Of a DNA stretch of 64,000 nucleotides, positions 19,536 to 29,448 are shown in pieces (the stretch's first letter is position 1; each line of letters starts with the position of its first letter). The notes under the pieces were generated by a model. It saw only the letters and a list, made by a program, of their open reading frames with translations. It did no database searches and was not told the origin of the DNA. The stretch comes from Candidatus Saccharimonadota bacterium. GTDB lineage: Bacteria; Patescibacteriota; Saccharimonadia; Saccharimonadales; Saccharimonadaceae. The translations under genes and the position numbers were made by a program. The stretch lies in the NCBI GenBank assembly GCA_002726935.1, contig PBTC01000014.1, positions 66,218 to 130,217 of the forward strand. Reading direction: 5' to 3'.

Positions 19536-20171
19536 ATGACGTGCACAACGGCAGTTGAAGGTGCCTCAGCGAGGCGTCTTTTCCATGGTACCGGGGTTTA
19601 CGGGTTGGCAGCCATTGCGCAAAGCAATACGCTGGAAGAGGGTGTTTACTGGAACAAGCCAGGTGAGCCGCACGGGCCAAGAACAAGCGAGTCTTTTGAG
19701 GCTGCTGCCACCTTCATCGAGTACAACATGTATTGGGGTGAGGGCGGGGTCATTGTTTTGGATCGGGACCTTCTTGAACAGGACTACCGGACGGTCAAGT
19801 ATGTGGACACCGTGTGTGACGATGTCTTGGTCGCCGAGCAAGAGGTTGCAATTCTGACGCCCAAGGTAATGAATCTTGACCGCTACCTGGTGAGTATTGT
19901 CTGCGATCCCGCGGTGATTCAAACAGCAAAAGACGAAGATAACCTGCAGTCCGCGCTGGATGAGTGCGGCTGGCAGTTCGATCACAAGGATTTTGACCTG
20001 GCCAGGCAGTCTTTGGATGCGCTACTAAAACATCCCAAGCTAAACGCCTGGGTCCCAGTAAGTGGTTTTCCCTACAACCCAGACGGCTGGCTTGCTTATG
20101 AGAAAAAGAACGTCGAGTCGGCAGATTTTCCTCACGAACACAAAACCAAAAGCTCTAGCCCAGGATTCTGA
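19536..20171 (+). CDS. Hypothetical protein, possible ADP-ribosyltransferase-like fold; C-tail KTKSSSPGF
   Basis: LFHGT near N-term, RTSESFEAAATF; ATG 19536 after GGAGAG SD. Confidence 0.6.
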   Translation: MTCTTAVEGASARRLFHGTGVYGLAAIAQSNTLEEGVYWNKPGEPHGPRTSESFEAAATFIEYNMYWGEGGVIVLDRDLLEQDYRTVKYVDTVCDDVLVAEQEVAILTPKVMNLDRYLVSIVCDPAVIQTAKDEDNLQSALDECGWQFDHKDFDLARQSLDALLKHPKLNAWVPVSGFPYNPDGWLAYEKKNVESADFPHEHKTKSSSPGF

Positions 20172-20270
20172 ATCATTGGAACGCGGTGCTTTTGGGCGTG
20201 TTGTTTTTTTTGACCCAGCCAGCTCCCTGTCCGTACCATGGGTTAATTTCTTAGCCAGACATGGAATTGA

Positions 20271-20819
20271 GTGATGAAGAATCTAAGCGGCAATCAAAAT
20301 TATATCGAAGTGTTGGAGCAGCTAGCCAAACTTAAGGTGGCCAAAGGTGCGAGCGCCATGTTATACGTCGTTCAGCCCTCCACCGCCTCCGCCATCGATG
20401 TTATCTATGATGACGCAGGTGTGGCCAGGCTTGGATATTCAAAAGCGCGGTTGCAGGATTACTTGCAAGCAAACCCGGGACATCGCGTAATGGATGCAAC
20501 TGAGCTACATGCGCTTTTGCTGGAGATGCATAGGCGGCCTGTACAGGAAATCTCGGAAGACGACTTCAATTATGCCCTGGAGGTTTTGCCTCCCTTGGAT
20601 TACCAGGCAAGCGGTGGATATCTGTCATTCAAGATGAGTGAGTTCTACACGGCGGATATCACCTCGATCTATGTGCGAGACCCAGAGGGAAGGTGCTTTA
20701 AGTTTCAAGACCAAGCTTCTACCTCTGCAGCAGATTGTGTGCAGCGAGTCGTCTCGTTTAAGACCGCCGAGGGCGAAGGCGCCATTAAAAAGCCTACCTC
20801 GTCTTCTCCCGGATTGTAG
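20271..20819 (+). CDS. DUF1419-like protein; C-tail KKPTSSSPGL
   Basis: EISEDDFNYALEVLPPL...FKMSEFYTADITSIY resembles the DUF1419 core. Confidence 0.6.
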   Translation: MMKNLSGNQNYIEVLEQLAKLKVAKGASAMLYVVQPSTASAIDVIYDDAGVARLGYSKARLQDYLQANPGHRVMDATELHALLLEMHRRPVQEISEDDFNYALEVLPPLDYQASGGYLSFKMSEFYTADITSIYVRDPEGRCFKFQDQASTSAADCVQRVVSFKTAEGEGAIKKPTSSSPGL

Positions 20820-20827
20820 TGCTTTAA

Positions 20828-21091
20828 ATGAGTGATTCGATTTACGAGCTTAGGTTCAGGTACCAGCAGGAAAACACATTTAAGCTAACTTACACAACTC
20901 GCAATTCCCTGGTTGGCAGCCTAAAGAACACCGTGCTGTTTGCCGGGGTGCCTCTGGACCAAAATGAATTGTTGGCTGAGTTTCCGCAGTCCAGGCAGAT
21001 TGCACTGTCGTACCAGGACTTCCACAAGGAACTAAAAGAGCCATTCAAGTATTTCTGTTCAGGCGATCATGAACTGCGACGTCTGACTTAA
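20828..21091 (-). CDS. Small hypothetical protein
   Basis: Overlaps the stop of the PcfJ gene (ATGA). Confidence 0.55.
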
Positions 21092-23217
21092 GGTTTCGTT
21101 GCTCGATTAAAGGCCTTTTGGAATTCCTTACACAGCAAAGTTGCTGCGCGCTTTTCTTGCATGCTTGGAGAACGGTTCTCAAATCCTCGCACTTGATCAA
21201 TAGACCATCTGTTGCCGATCTGGCGACTTAACGACACCGTCAAGCGGTCTTTCTTGTGATTTTCAGGAAGAATTTGTGCAGAAAAGACTCTGTTTTCACC
21301 CGAAATACACCTGTTTGCATAAGTGCCTACGCAATGCCCCATAGCTTGCCCTTCCTCAATGAGTTCAAGCGCATGAGAGAGTTCTTTGAATGTGTAGGCG
21401 CCGACTTGGTGGGTCGCAAGGGTGCATGGCCACGTAAGCTGTTCGCAAGTATCCACTTGGAATCGAGCTAGCAACATCTCATCGTGCGTGATTTGAAGGA
21501 TTCTGATCGCGCGTGAGGGGGTTATTTTTCTTGGTCCGATTAGCTCGTTCATTCGATGGCTTGGCAATTGACGCAGGGCGTCTACCGCGTCACTGCAAAG
21601 GTCTTTGAGGTTCTCAACAGAGTGCCTGCTTGTCAGCACGTGCATGGACAGGGCTCGGAAAAAATGTCCATGTGGGTCTGAGAGTTGACCTGTGCGTCGA
21701 TCGTTAATGATATGAACAGCGTGTTTGTAAACTTGATACAAAAACGATAGGATCCGCGCTCGTGGCTTGTGTGGACAAAAGCTGCCCACTTCGTTGAGAA
21801 AGCTCACTACAATCTCTGCGGTGTCAGTTGGGGGCTCGCCCCATTCTTCGCAAGGAGTATCCGTGACGTCGCTGTCGCTGTGCGTGACTGGTTGCCCCGT
21901 ATTTGTGGACTGATCCCATGGTTGTGTCAGTGCCGCGCCAACAGGGATCAACAACTTGCGGGCGTCGATTGCACTCATTCTTTTGAGCAGCCGCCAGCCG
22001 GCCGGCCGCATGCCTCTTTTTTTGTATTTCGAGCGTAGCTCGTTGATTCCTTCAAAGCGGTCTTCGTGAGAAAGTTTGTGAAAGTCCGGCATGAGAGGAA
22101 TCAAAACAGGATATTCATTGTGGAATTCGCTCAACAGGATTGACCTATCCTTGCACGTGGCCATGCGGTTGTAATCGCTTAATCGAGCGTAGATTCCGTA
22201 GACTTTGGCGGTGGATGAAAGCGTCTCTTTGTCAAAGAAATTCTTCAGATATCCGGTGCCAGGACCAGCAAGGTAACGCGATCCTAGGGCCTGTTTGTTA
22301 ATCGGGTTGGCGCGATTATAGGCCCAGCGATGGACAGATGGATAAGGCGTGTAATTGGTTTGGTGAGATCGCCGAGGCAAAAAGCCGTACAGCTCGCCCG
22401 AGGGTAGTGTTATTTTGTGTTTAGCCTGAATTTCCTCAAGCAGGTTTCGTGCAGAGTAATTTAAAAGATTGGTGCAGTACTGCAGAAGATATCGCCAGGT
22501 CTGAGGCCCTATCACTTCGAGATGGTCGAGATGGACCGCCTTCAGCGGTTTAATTGCTTTGATATAGGTGTTCTTTTTGGCAGCGGGGAGCTTTAAGAAA
22601 TAGAGAATTTCCTGATAAGAGCCTAAACAGTAGCCGCGGATTTTTTCTTTCCCGTCCTTCCAAAACACGTAAGGGCCAAATCTAATCCAGTTTCCCGAGC
22701 CTTCTTGTCTGCATGGCAGGTAACCATGTTGAAACTGGGCGGAGATCAAGTCTTGCAGACATCGAGAGACGACAGTGGGGTTTTGTTTGAAGTGTTCTAC
22801 AAAGCGATTTTCATGCGCGAGGACACGAGGAAAGTCCTTTGGCTCAAGACCGTTTTTGTACCCGTGTCGAGCACAATGATCCAGGTCGCAAAACCGTTTG
22901 CCACGATGATTCTCAATAAGCCCATAAGCAAACAGACAAGCCTCTAAGAGATCGCGTCTTTTGCTATCAATCTCGTCGGAGAATGATCGGTTCCAGGTCT
23001 CAATGGCGCTATCACTTTGGAATGGCCCACACTCCTTGTGCAGATCAAACAAAATTCCATAGGATTTGTTAAGCGTGAAATCCTTGGGCTTTCCGGCCCA
23101 GTACTTCTTAGAGATTGAAGAAGGTGTTTGCAAGGATTTAACTTCCTCGTCTGGTAGGTAGCGATCTACCTCCGCAAGGATCTCGTTCTGGGGCGTTAAC
23201 CGGGTTGCCATGTCCAT
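21088..23217 (-). CDS. PcfJ-domain protein
   Basis: C-terminal LIEEGQAMGHCVGTYANRC...RLTVSL...QVRGFENR. Confidence 0.85.
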   Translation of the reverse strand: MDMATRLTPQNEILAEVDRYLPDEEVKSLQTPSSISKKYWAGKPKDFTLNKSYGILFDLHKECGPFQSDSAIETWNRSFSDEIDSKRRDLLEACLFAYGLIENHRGKRFCDLDHCARHGYKNGLEPKDFPRVLAHENRFVEHFKQNPTVVSRCLQDLISAQFQHGYLPCRQEGSGNWIRFGPYVFWKDGKEKIRGYCLGSYQEILYFLKLPAAKKNTYIKAIKPLKAVHLDHLEVIGPQTWRYLLQYCTNLLNYSARNLLEEIQAKHKITLPSGELYGFLPRRSHQTNYTPYPSVHRWAYNRANPINKQALGSRYLAGPGTGYLKNFFDKETLSSTAKVYGIYARLSDYNRMATCKDRSILLSEFHNEYPVLIPLMPDFHKLSHEDRFEGINELRSKYKKRGMRPAGWRLLKRMSAIDARKLLIPVGAALTQPWDQSTNTGQPVTHSDSDVTDTPCEEWGEPPTDTAEIVVSFLNEVGSFCPHKPRARILSFLYQVYKHAVHIINDRRTGQLSDPHGHFFRALSMHVLTSRHSVENLKDLCSDAVDALRQLPSHRMNELIGPRKITPSRAIRILQITHDEMLLARFQVDTCEQLTWPCTLATHQVGAYTFKELSHALELIEEGQAMGHCVGTYANRCISGENRVFSAQILPENHKKDRLTVSLSRQIGNRWSIDQVRGFENRSPSMQEKRAATLLCKEFQKAFNRATKP

Positions 23218-23525
23218 TGAAAGCTTCCTTCATTCTTGTTAAATAGCAGCGACATTGTTTTTCCTATAATCGCCACAAGAGTGTGAGATTGCCTAACGCG
23301 AAATTGGTTGATAATCCTGCAGCCGCCGACCACGACCGTCTGGCGGCGCCGCGCCCCAATGCTGACTTAGAAGCTCTATCATCGCGGCGGGTACCGTATA
23401 GAAACCCCAAAGAGCAGCAGCGTATGTAAGCCTTCACCCAAAACTCGTCGGCCCATTGGGCAATTGCTAGTGGCAGTACGTTATTGTCGTTCATATTTGT
23501 GCCCACAGGAGAAGGTCATTTGCCA

Positions 23526-24515
23526 TCAAGCTGGTGGGTTCTCAACGCGGCTTGGCAAGAACACCGATACCGGGACCCAGTGTTCGCAGGTGTTTTGCTC
23601 TTTCCCCTTGTTCAGGATGCCTACCGCTTTTTTACAGGAGTTGACTTCTCCTGTGTCGATCGCACAAGAGTCCGGCCCTCCGCCCAGAACGGGATCGCAT
23701 TTGCAAGCATAGAGTCCGGCCCGCGCCGCCTCCTTCACTTGGACTTTGGACGGCTTCCAATGCGGGCACTGATTCTTCCAGTTGATCTTTTCCCTGTTGG
23801 CCAAAGCCAAAGAACAATCGGAGATTCTTCCAAGGTCAATCACACATGCGTCGGGATTTTCTCCGGTATTAAGGTCGCAATGGCAAGCGTATAGCATGAC
23901 CTCGTTTTCAGGATCGCAGGTACTCGCGCTTTCCTTTTCTTTGCTCAGTGAGCTTTTTCTGGTCTGCAAAGAAGATGACTTGAAGTTTTCTGTATCTAGT
24001 AGCCCTGGTCGCATGGGGAGGTCATCGCTGATCTCCGCGTCCTCGTCGAACCGCACCTCAATAAAACCCTTGGACATCAGCACACGGAACACCTGAAGAT
24101 CGTGCTTATTCAACAGGTCTTTGCAGTCGCTCTCAAAGAGTTCTGCGTCATCGCCCAGATAGTATGTGGCTGAGGTGGTCTCATTGGAGTACAGGCGCCA
24201 CTCAGAAACGGTTCCTTTGAATACGGATCCGTCGGCAACCTCTTCTGACACATGATCGCTGTTAAGCATGCCCAAAAGCCGGGTTTCGATGCCATTTACT
24301 CTGCCTCGAAAAATAGACTCTGCAAGCATTACTTTAGAGTCGTTTGCGGACGCTGCATGCAAGTGATTCCAGGAAGCGCTGTCGTGAGCCATCGCCAGGA
24401 GTTCTCGTGCGGCTGACAAAGGCAGTTTTCTGCCGGTTTTGGCCTTCACGAACTCAGCCATCTCGGCTGCTTTCTTGCCCAATGCAACGTAGTCTTTCTT
24501 GGGGGTACTAGTCAT
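23526..24515 (-). CDS. Protein with shared N-terminal helical module and two Cys-rich C-terminal repeats
   Basis: LPLSAARELLAMAHDSASWNHL; two YACxCD..PDxCxIDxG..C..CxHWxP repeats. Confidence 0.75.
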   Translation of the reverse strand: MTSTPKKDYVALGKKAAEMAEFVKAKTGRKLPLSAARELLAMAHDSASWNHLHAASANDSKVMLAESIFRGRVNGIETRLLGMLNSDHVSEEVADGSVFKGTVSEWRLYSNETTSATYYLGDDAELFESDCKDLLNKHDLQVFRVLMSKGFIEVRFDEDAEISDDLPMRPGLLDTENFKSSSLQTRKSSLSKEKESASTCDPENEVMLYACHCDLNTGENPDACVIDLGRISDCSLALANREKINWKNQCPHWKPSKVQVKEAARAGLYACKCDPVLGGGPDSCAIDTGEVNSCKKAVGILNKGKEQNTCEHWVPVSVFLPSRVENPPA

Positions 24516-24710
24516 ATCAAATCACCTCGTGTTTTGTTTGATGTTGGGTGCCCAGAGTTTCCCAACAGCAAAACAAAGGGTTCTTTGATTTGGATGTTGG
24601 ATGTCTTTCGTCAATCATTTGCCGCTCCCGTTTCCGGGCTGGGCATGCGAGCCGATTCAGCTCAGTCGCAGGGTTTCTTTCGAAACCTAAAGAGTGCGAC
24701 CGTCCCTGTT
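24516..24710 (-). promoter_or_regulatory. Candidate structured 5' leader RNA (~190 nt)
   Basis: Stems GTCGCA/TGCGAC, GGTTTC-GAAA-GAAACC, CCCG-GAAA-CGGG, TGTTGGG/CCCAACA on the minus strand. Confidence 0.45.
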
Positions 24711-24714
24711 GCAT

Positions 24715-24743
24715 TTTATACCATAATAAAGTATTATTTGCAA
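24715..24743 (-). promoter_or_regulatory. Sigma70-like promoter TTGCAA-17-TATAAA
   Basis: Minus-strand hexamers; spacer contains the ATAATA-N3-TATTAT inverted repeat. Confidence 0.6.
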
Positions 24744-24795
24744 CACATTATTGCCCAAGGGTAATTAACTGGCAGCTTTAAAGAGAGGTTACAAG

Positions 24796-25530
24796 GTGGG
24801 CATTCTTACCGCCATAATGGCCTGCATTAGGTCGGCTTATCTAGCGTTCAGGCGCTTTCTCGTCTTCGAAACGAAGGGTTTTGTTGCGCGCGATCTTTGG
24901 CCCAAGGAGCACGTTTTCCCTGCGTTTATGGGCCTCTTCGGTTGGCCTTTCCTTTTGGTCGTCTTTTTGCAACTCTTATCTCTTTTCTTCACTGGCGGTG
25001 AGGTTCTCTCAAAAACCCTCAAGGATTTTGAAGACGGATATGCATGGAACGCGATCGGCTCCTTCGGGTTCGTTGTGTTTGGTTTCTTGCTTCTTTTTCC
25101 AGGCTCAACAAGGCTTCTTCGACTCGCAAGAAGCGTTCTTTTAGCCGCATCGAGTATTGGATTTACTACGTTTTATGTTTCTATCTCGACTGCTTTGTCG
25201 GGCGTTCCTTTTGGGGACATGTTACCTAGTTTTTTTGGCCAAGCTATCTTTGCTTTTTCATGGATAACTCTGTTGGCTTTTTGTTTTGTTTTTATGACGT
25301 GGTATCCCCTGCTTCTTCTGGGGGCGGATTCAGACTCCACTTCCTCGTTTCTCCTTAAGATGCAGGCAACTTCTTTGTTGTTTAGGTTGTTTGCGGGCGG
25401 CGGTCTTAGCCTCGTAACCTCGCTTGCTATTTATTGGTCAATTGTTTTTGCTCCCACCGCTGCGCATAGCGCCCCGCCAAGAATCGTGGACTCCTCTTGC
25501 GTTATTGATAGTCAAATTAGGAAAAAATAA
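24796..25530 (+). CDS. Polytopic membrane protein
   Basis: About six hydrophobic segments; GTG start after GAGG. Confidence 0.65.
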   Translation: MGILTAIMACIRSAYLAFRRFLVFETKGFVARDLWPKEHVFPAFMGLFGWPFLLVVFLQLLSLFFTGGEVLSKTLKDFEDGYAWNAIGSFGFVVFGFLLLFPGSTRLLRLARSVLLAASSIGFTTFYVSISTALSGVPFGDMLPSFFGQAIFAFSWITLLAFCFVFMTWYPLLLLGADSDSTSSFLLKMQATSLLFRLFAGGGLSLVTSLAIYWSIVFAPTAAHSAPPRIVDSSCVIDSQIRKK

Positions 25531-27935
25531 TGACAACTCATGCTTTAGCTTCAGTAGCGTCAAATTTTCATCAGTTCGAAGTCGATGAGAACATCGTCAA
25601 CGACTTGATCTACCGTCAGAACGGCACGGTTGCCACCGCCTTGGGCGAGTTGGTGATGAATGCTATTGACGCCGGCTCTGAGAAAATCGAAATCTTGGTT
25701 AGCGCCGAGGGTTTTGAGATTCGAGACAATGGCACGGGATTCGCAGATGAGGAATCTGTGATGCGCTTTTTCAAGCGTTTCGGCACGCCCCACACTGAGG
25801 GCGATGCAACCTTCGGTCGGTTCAGAATCGGTCGGGGGCAGATCATGGCTTTTGCCAGAACCACCTGGCATTCACGGACATTCAAGATGACGACAGATCT
25901 CGAATCTGGTCAGAAGGGGTTTGAGTTCGAAAAGGATGTTCCGGCCTATAGCGGCTGCAAAGTATCGGGCAAGTTTTACAAGCCGTTGAACCCCTACGAC
26001 TTGGGTAAGGTGCACGAAGGCCTGTCGGATCGCGTCCGTTATGTCTCAACGCCGGTTTTCATTAATCAGATTCAGGTAAACCCCCAGGAAAAACTGCGTT
26101 GGGATTACGAAGATGATCAGATCAAAATTGCCTTCAATCCGCAAGGCCGGTACTCGTTAAAGCTCTACTCCCTTGGGGTCTTTGTCAAGGAGCTGCATAT
26201 CCACCAATATGGCTTTCAGGCCGATGTGGTAACCAAGCAGGCGCTTAAGCTGAATATGGCGCGCAATGAGGTCAACCAGGATGACCCGCTTTGGCTCCAT
26301 GTGCATGCAGTTCTGCGTGAAGAGATGCGCAAACGAAAGCGTGGTGCCAAAACTCTCAGCGAGAATGAGCGCTCGGCGTTGATTGACCAACTGATGTTTG
26401 ATGAGGTCGCCCTTCGGGATGTTATCTCCCTGCCCTTGCTAAAAGATGTTCGCGGAAAATCTACCTCTATCTTGGTTGAGCTTCGAAAAAAGCGGCCTTG
26501 GTCGGCAATGGTGGGCTCGACCAGTGAACTACGCGACAAGCGTCTTGGGGATCGAGTAAGCGCCGGAGGTTCGGCTCTGGTTTTGTCCAAGGAGGAGTTG
26601 GATCTATGGCAATGCGATTCCATTGAATCGCTTTTGAGCAGGCTTAAGCAAAGTATTAAAACCTCCGAACTTCGGCGAAAAGAAAGCGAAAGAGACTCCC
26701 GGAATCTAGACATCTATTACATGGGTCTCCTGCAAGAGGTCCGTGTGGTGGAGTTCTCTACGTTGGCCAAGGGTTTGAGCAGTAAGTATGAGCTGATCAA
26801 GCAATCAGACCTCACTGCTTTGGAGCGAGCGCAACGCAATGCCTTGCAGTACGCGTTGGATATCGCCGCAGGCCGCTTGGCGAGAACACGAGAGATCGAG
26901 GTCACCAAAAGAAAGTTGTTCATTGGCGATGGTCTGGCCACCGCCTGGACCGACTCGAGTACCTATGTCGCTGTCAATCGAAGTACGCTGACATACTTTG
27001 AGAACGGAATCCCCGGCTTGCTTCAATTGTGCGCGATCCTGCTGCACGAGTTGACTCATGAGAGTGGTAGTGTTCTGGATAACGGACACGACCACGCGTT
27101 TTATGAGCATTTTCACGATGCGGTGCTGTGCGGCCCGATTGGAAACGACGTTCTAGGAAGCTCGGTACAGTCACTTCAGTCCAGATATTCAGTTGAGCTT
27201 CAGCGTGCCAAGTTGCCCATGCCCAAGTGGATGGATAATGATGACTTGATCACAGTGACTCTTGGGTTGAACACCTCCAAGCCCACCAAGCTGCTGTCAT
27301 GGTTCCTTAAAGAGGCCGGATTGGCACACCTATTAGGCCGTGGTGAAGTCAGAGTCCAGGCCTACATGGACCAGTTGTGGAATATGGATGTTGCCGTTCG
27401 GAAAATCAAAGCGACACTTTTTCGGCGCCATAAGCTCAAACATCTTACGCCTGAGAATCTTTCTCACATCGAGGATTTTAGAGAGCGAGCTGCGTTGATT
27501 TCCGCAGATGACAAAAGGCTGCTATGTCAGGCTCTAGAGCTAGAGGGACTTGATAATTCCGATCCCACCGTCGAGTTGCTCAATGATTTTAACCTTCCGC
27601 GCGAGGAGGTGGGGGACTGGCGGATAAGGATGAGTCATTTGAGGATGGGAAACCTCGCTGTCCTTACAAGTGCACCTGCCTTTGGAGTTGAGTATGTAGA
27701 GTCTATTCGGAGGCAGGAAGTCAAATCGATGGTGGGCAAGGATTTTTTCGTTGCTAGGGCCACATCGCGGAGGGAAACCATCGATGCCGGCAAACTGGTC
27801 AGCGAGGGCGTGGAAGGCCGCTTGGCAGCGCATAAGGAAGCTTTGGAGTCCTTGCTCTTGGGAATCAGAAATCCCCAAGAGAGAATGGAGTTCGCCAAGA
27901 GGTTTCTTAGCGAGGAGTTCAGGAGAACTCTGTAG
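25530..27935 (+). CDS. GHKL (Hsp90/MORC-like) ATPase fused to a HExxH-containing domain
   Basis: ELVMNAIDAG, IRDNGTGF, FGRFRIGRGQ GHKL motifs; LLHELTHE...GHDHAFY. Confidence 0.85.
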   Translation: MTTHALASVASNFHQFEVDENIVNDLIYRQNGTVATALGELVMNAIDAGSEKIEILVSAEGFEIRDNGTGFADEESVMRFFKRFGTPHTEGDATFGRFRIGRGQIMAFARTTWHSRTFKMTTDLESGQKGFEFEKDVPAYSGCKVSGKFYKPLNPYDLGKVHEGLSDRVRYVSTPVFINQIQVNPQEKLRWDYEDDQIKIAFNPQGRYSLKLYSLGVFVKELHIHQYGFQADVVTKQALKLNMARNEVNQDDPLWLHVHAVLREEMRKRKRGAKTLSENERSALIDQLMFDEVALRDVISLPLLKDVRGKSTSILVELRKKRPWSAMVGSTSELRDKRLGDRVSAGGSALVLSKEELDLWQCDSIESLLSRLKQSIKTSELRRKESERDSRNLDIYYMGLLQEVRVVEFSTLAKGLSSKYELIKQSDLTALERAQRNALQYALDIAAGRLARTREIEVTKRKLFIGDGLATAWTDSSTYVAVNRSTLTYFENGIPGLLQLCAILLHELTHESGSVLDNGHDHAFYEHFHDAVLCGPIGNDVLGSSVQSLQSRYSVELQRAKLPMPKWMDNDDLITVTLGLNTSKPTKLLSWFLKEAGLAHLLGRGEVRVQAYMDQLWNMDVAVRKIKATLFRRHKLKHLTPENLSHIEDFRERAALISADDKRLLCQALELEGLDNSDPTVELLNDFNLPREEVGDWRIRMSHLRMGNLAVLTSAPAFGVEYVESIRRQEVKSMVGKDFFVARATSRRETIDAGKLVSEGVEGRLAAHKEALESLLLGIRNPQERMEFAKRFLSEEFRRTL

Positions 27936-27955
27936 CGCAAGCAAAGGCCTTTTAC

Positions 27956-28003
27956 CCCGGAAGCGCCGTAAAGCCTCGTGATTTAGGACGGGGAGGATGT
28001 CAA
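27956..28003 (+). mobile_element. IS200/IS605-like single-hairpin mini-element/scar, copy 1
   Basis: TTAC|CCCGGAAGCGCCGTAAAGCCTCGTGATTTAGGACGGGGAGGATGTCAA; ends in TCAA. Confidence 0.6.
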
Positions 28004-28015
28004 TAGGGTCATCTA

Positions 28016-28402
28016 TCAGAAGCTAGGTGAACTAGACTTGCTCCGGGGAGTGGCAAAGTTTTTTAATGCTTCAATCGCCCTTTCCTCTTGCTCAGCGAGC
28101 AGCGGTCTGTTTTCGGGTACCCCCCAAGCGCCCTGGATGTCCGTTCTGTGCAGGTCGACCTCCTCGGCCCAGTCGTTCACCGCCTGGTACGGTCTAGTCT
28201 GGCTTTCAATGTAGCTTGCAACCACAGTGTCGTCGCTCAGCATGGTGTCTTCAATCCCGATGGCATAGTGTGTGCTCAACAGCTTGTTGGCCACCGCCTT
28301 AAATTCTTTGATCTCCAAGACATCTCTCCTCGTTTTCTCGAAATCTTTTCTGCAGCCCTCATTTTCCTTTCTGGGGCGTTGCATTAACAAGAAATTTGCC
28401 AT
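28016..28402 (-). CDS. CbtA/YeeV-like toxin domain protein; C-tail SKSSSPSF
   Basis: LLSTHYAIGIEDTMLSDDTVVASYIESQTRPYQAVNDWAEEVDLHRTD matches the CbtA pattern HYGLtLnDT..DetvI..hi.aG....dAvN.lveky.L.RiD. Confidence 0.7.
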   Translation of the reverse strand: MANFLLMQRPRKENEGCRKDFEKTRRDVLEIKEFKAVANKLLSTHYAIGIEDTMLSDDTVVASYIESQTRPYQAVNDWAEEVDLHRTDIQGAWGVPENRPLLAEQEERAIEALKNFATPRSKSSSPSF

Positions 28403-28433
28403 GTTTAAAAGCGGCTGGTCACCGTCGCGAGTA

Positions 28434-28462
28434 TTGACAAATATTTAGTGTGATGCTATTAT
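28434..28462 (+). promoter_or_regulatory. Sigma70-like promoter TTGACA-17-TATTAT
   Basis: Consensus -35, extended -10. Confidence 0.7.
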
Positions 28463-28603
28463 TATCTCAAGGTCGCACACCGGGATCCCTCACATCTTGT
28501 GCCAAACGTGCCTTGTTTTTGTGTACCAGCCAATCCTTTTCGGCGTACATGAAGGTCAGTTGGGAAAAGCCTCGAAAGAAACGCCAATATCAGGAGAATG
28601 CTC

Positions 28604-29005
28604 ATGTCCACAGAACACCCTTTTTCTATCAGTGAAGCCCAATTCAAAGAAGTCTCTGCCCGCCTCAAGGCAGCTTTGGCTGATACGGTTGGCGCAAATC
28701 CAAGTAATTCTCAAGCCCTCCAGATTCTGTCGGCTGCCCTATTTTCAAAACCCTACGAGGAAGTCAAGGCGACCGTGCTTAGTCGCTCTGCCGAGCCTAA
28801 AGAGGAGTCCGAGAACCCATCGTATGGCGAGTATGTCCGCCTCGGGATGAGTCGGTGCGTCTATTGCAATGGCAGTGACATCGAAGGCGGGGATGCTGAG
28901 GTGGACGGCGGCGATGCTTACGTGCCAGTGCATTGTAATAACTGCAACTCTCAGTGGAATGATGTCTACAAGTTCCAAGGCATCGAAGATTTCGTAGAAG
29001 GCTAA
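28604..29005 (+). CDS. Protein with shared N-terminal helical module and C-terminal zinc ribbon
   Basis: PSNSQALQILSAALFSKPYEEV; CVYC...CNNC. Confidence 0.75.
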   Translation: MSTEHPFSISEAQFKEVSARLKAALADTVGANPSNSQALQILSAALFSKPYEEVKATVLSRSAEPKEESENPSYGEYVRLGMSRCVYCNGSDIEGGDAEVDGGDAYVPVHCNNCNSQWNDVYKFQGIEDFVEG

Positions 29006-29056
29006 GGGCAAACATGGGCCGCCAGGTGCGGCCCACAAGTCAACCAAGGATCAATC

Positions 29057-29425
29057 ATGAGCACTATGCAAGCATCAGAAAACTTCAGCGACACCGTTGA
29101 GATCCCAGACTACCGAAGCGAGGAATTCCAGCAGCGTGTCTCGGACTATCATTTGGCAATCAAAACGGTCGAAGCAGAGATGAGGGCTACGCCCGAGTAC
29201 TCTGCCCTTGATATTGCCCGCGACAACCATAGGACAGCCTCCTACAGGCAGTCCCTTGATCCTCACGAAATCCGGGTCACCAAGCTGGCCTACGCAGAAG
29301 CCGATGCCGCCTATTTTTCCCTGAAGTGGAAGAAGCTTGATGTGGTATATGCCAGGTTCCCTGATGTCAAAGCCTACTTTGAGGTTCCTTCGAGAGAAGT
29401 AACCCCACAAATCTCGTTGTTCTGA
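29057..29425 (+). CDS. Hypothetical protein
   Basis: ORF with AAGGA SD. Confidence 0.6.
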   Translation: MSTMQASENFSDTVEIPDYRSEEFQQRVSDYHLAIKTVEAEMRATPEYSALDIARDNHRTASYRQSLDPHEIRVTKLAYAEADAAYFSLKWKKLDVVYARFPDVKAYFEVPSREVTPQISLF

Positions 29426-29448
29426 AATTTAATTTAAAGGCGACCAAT

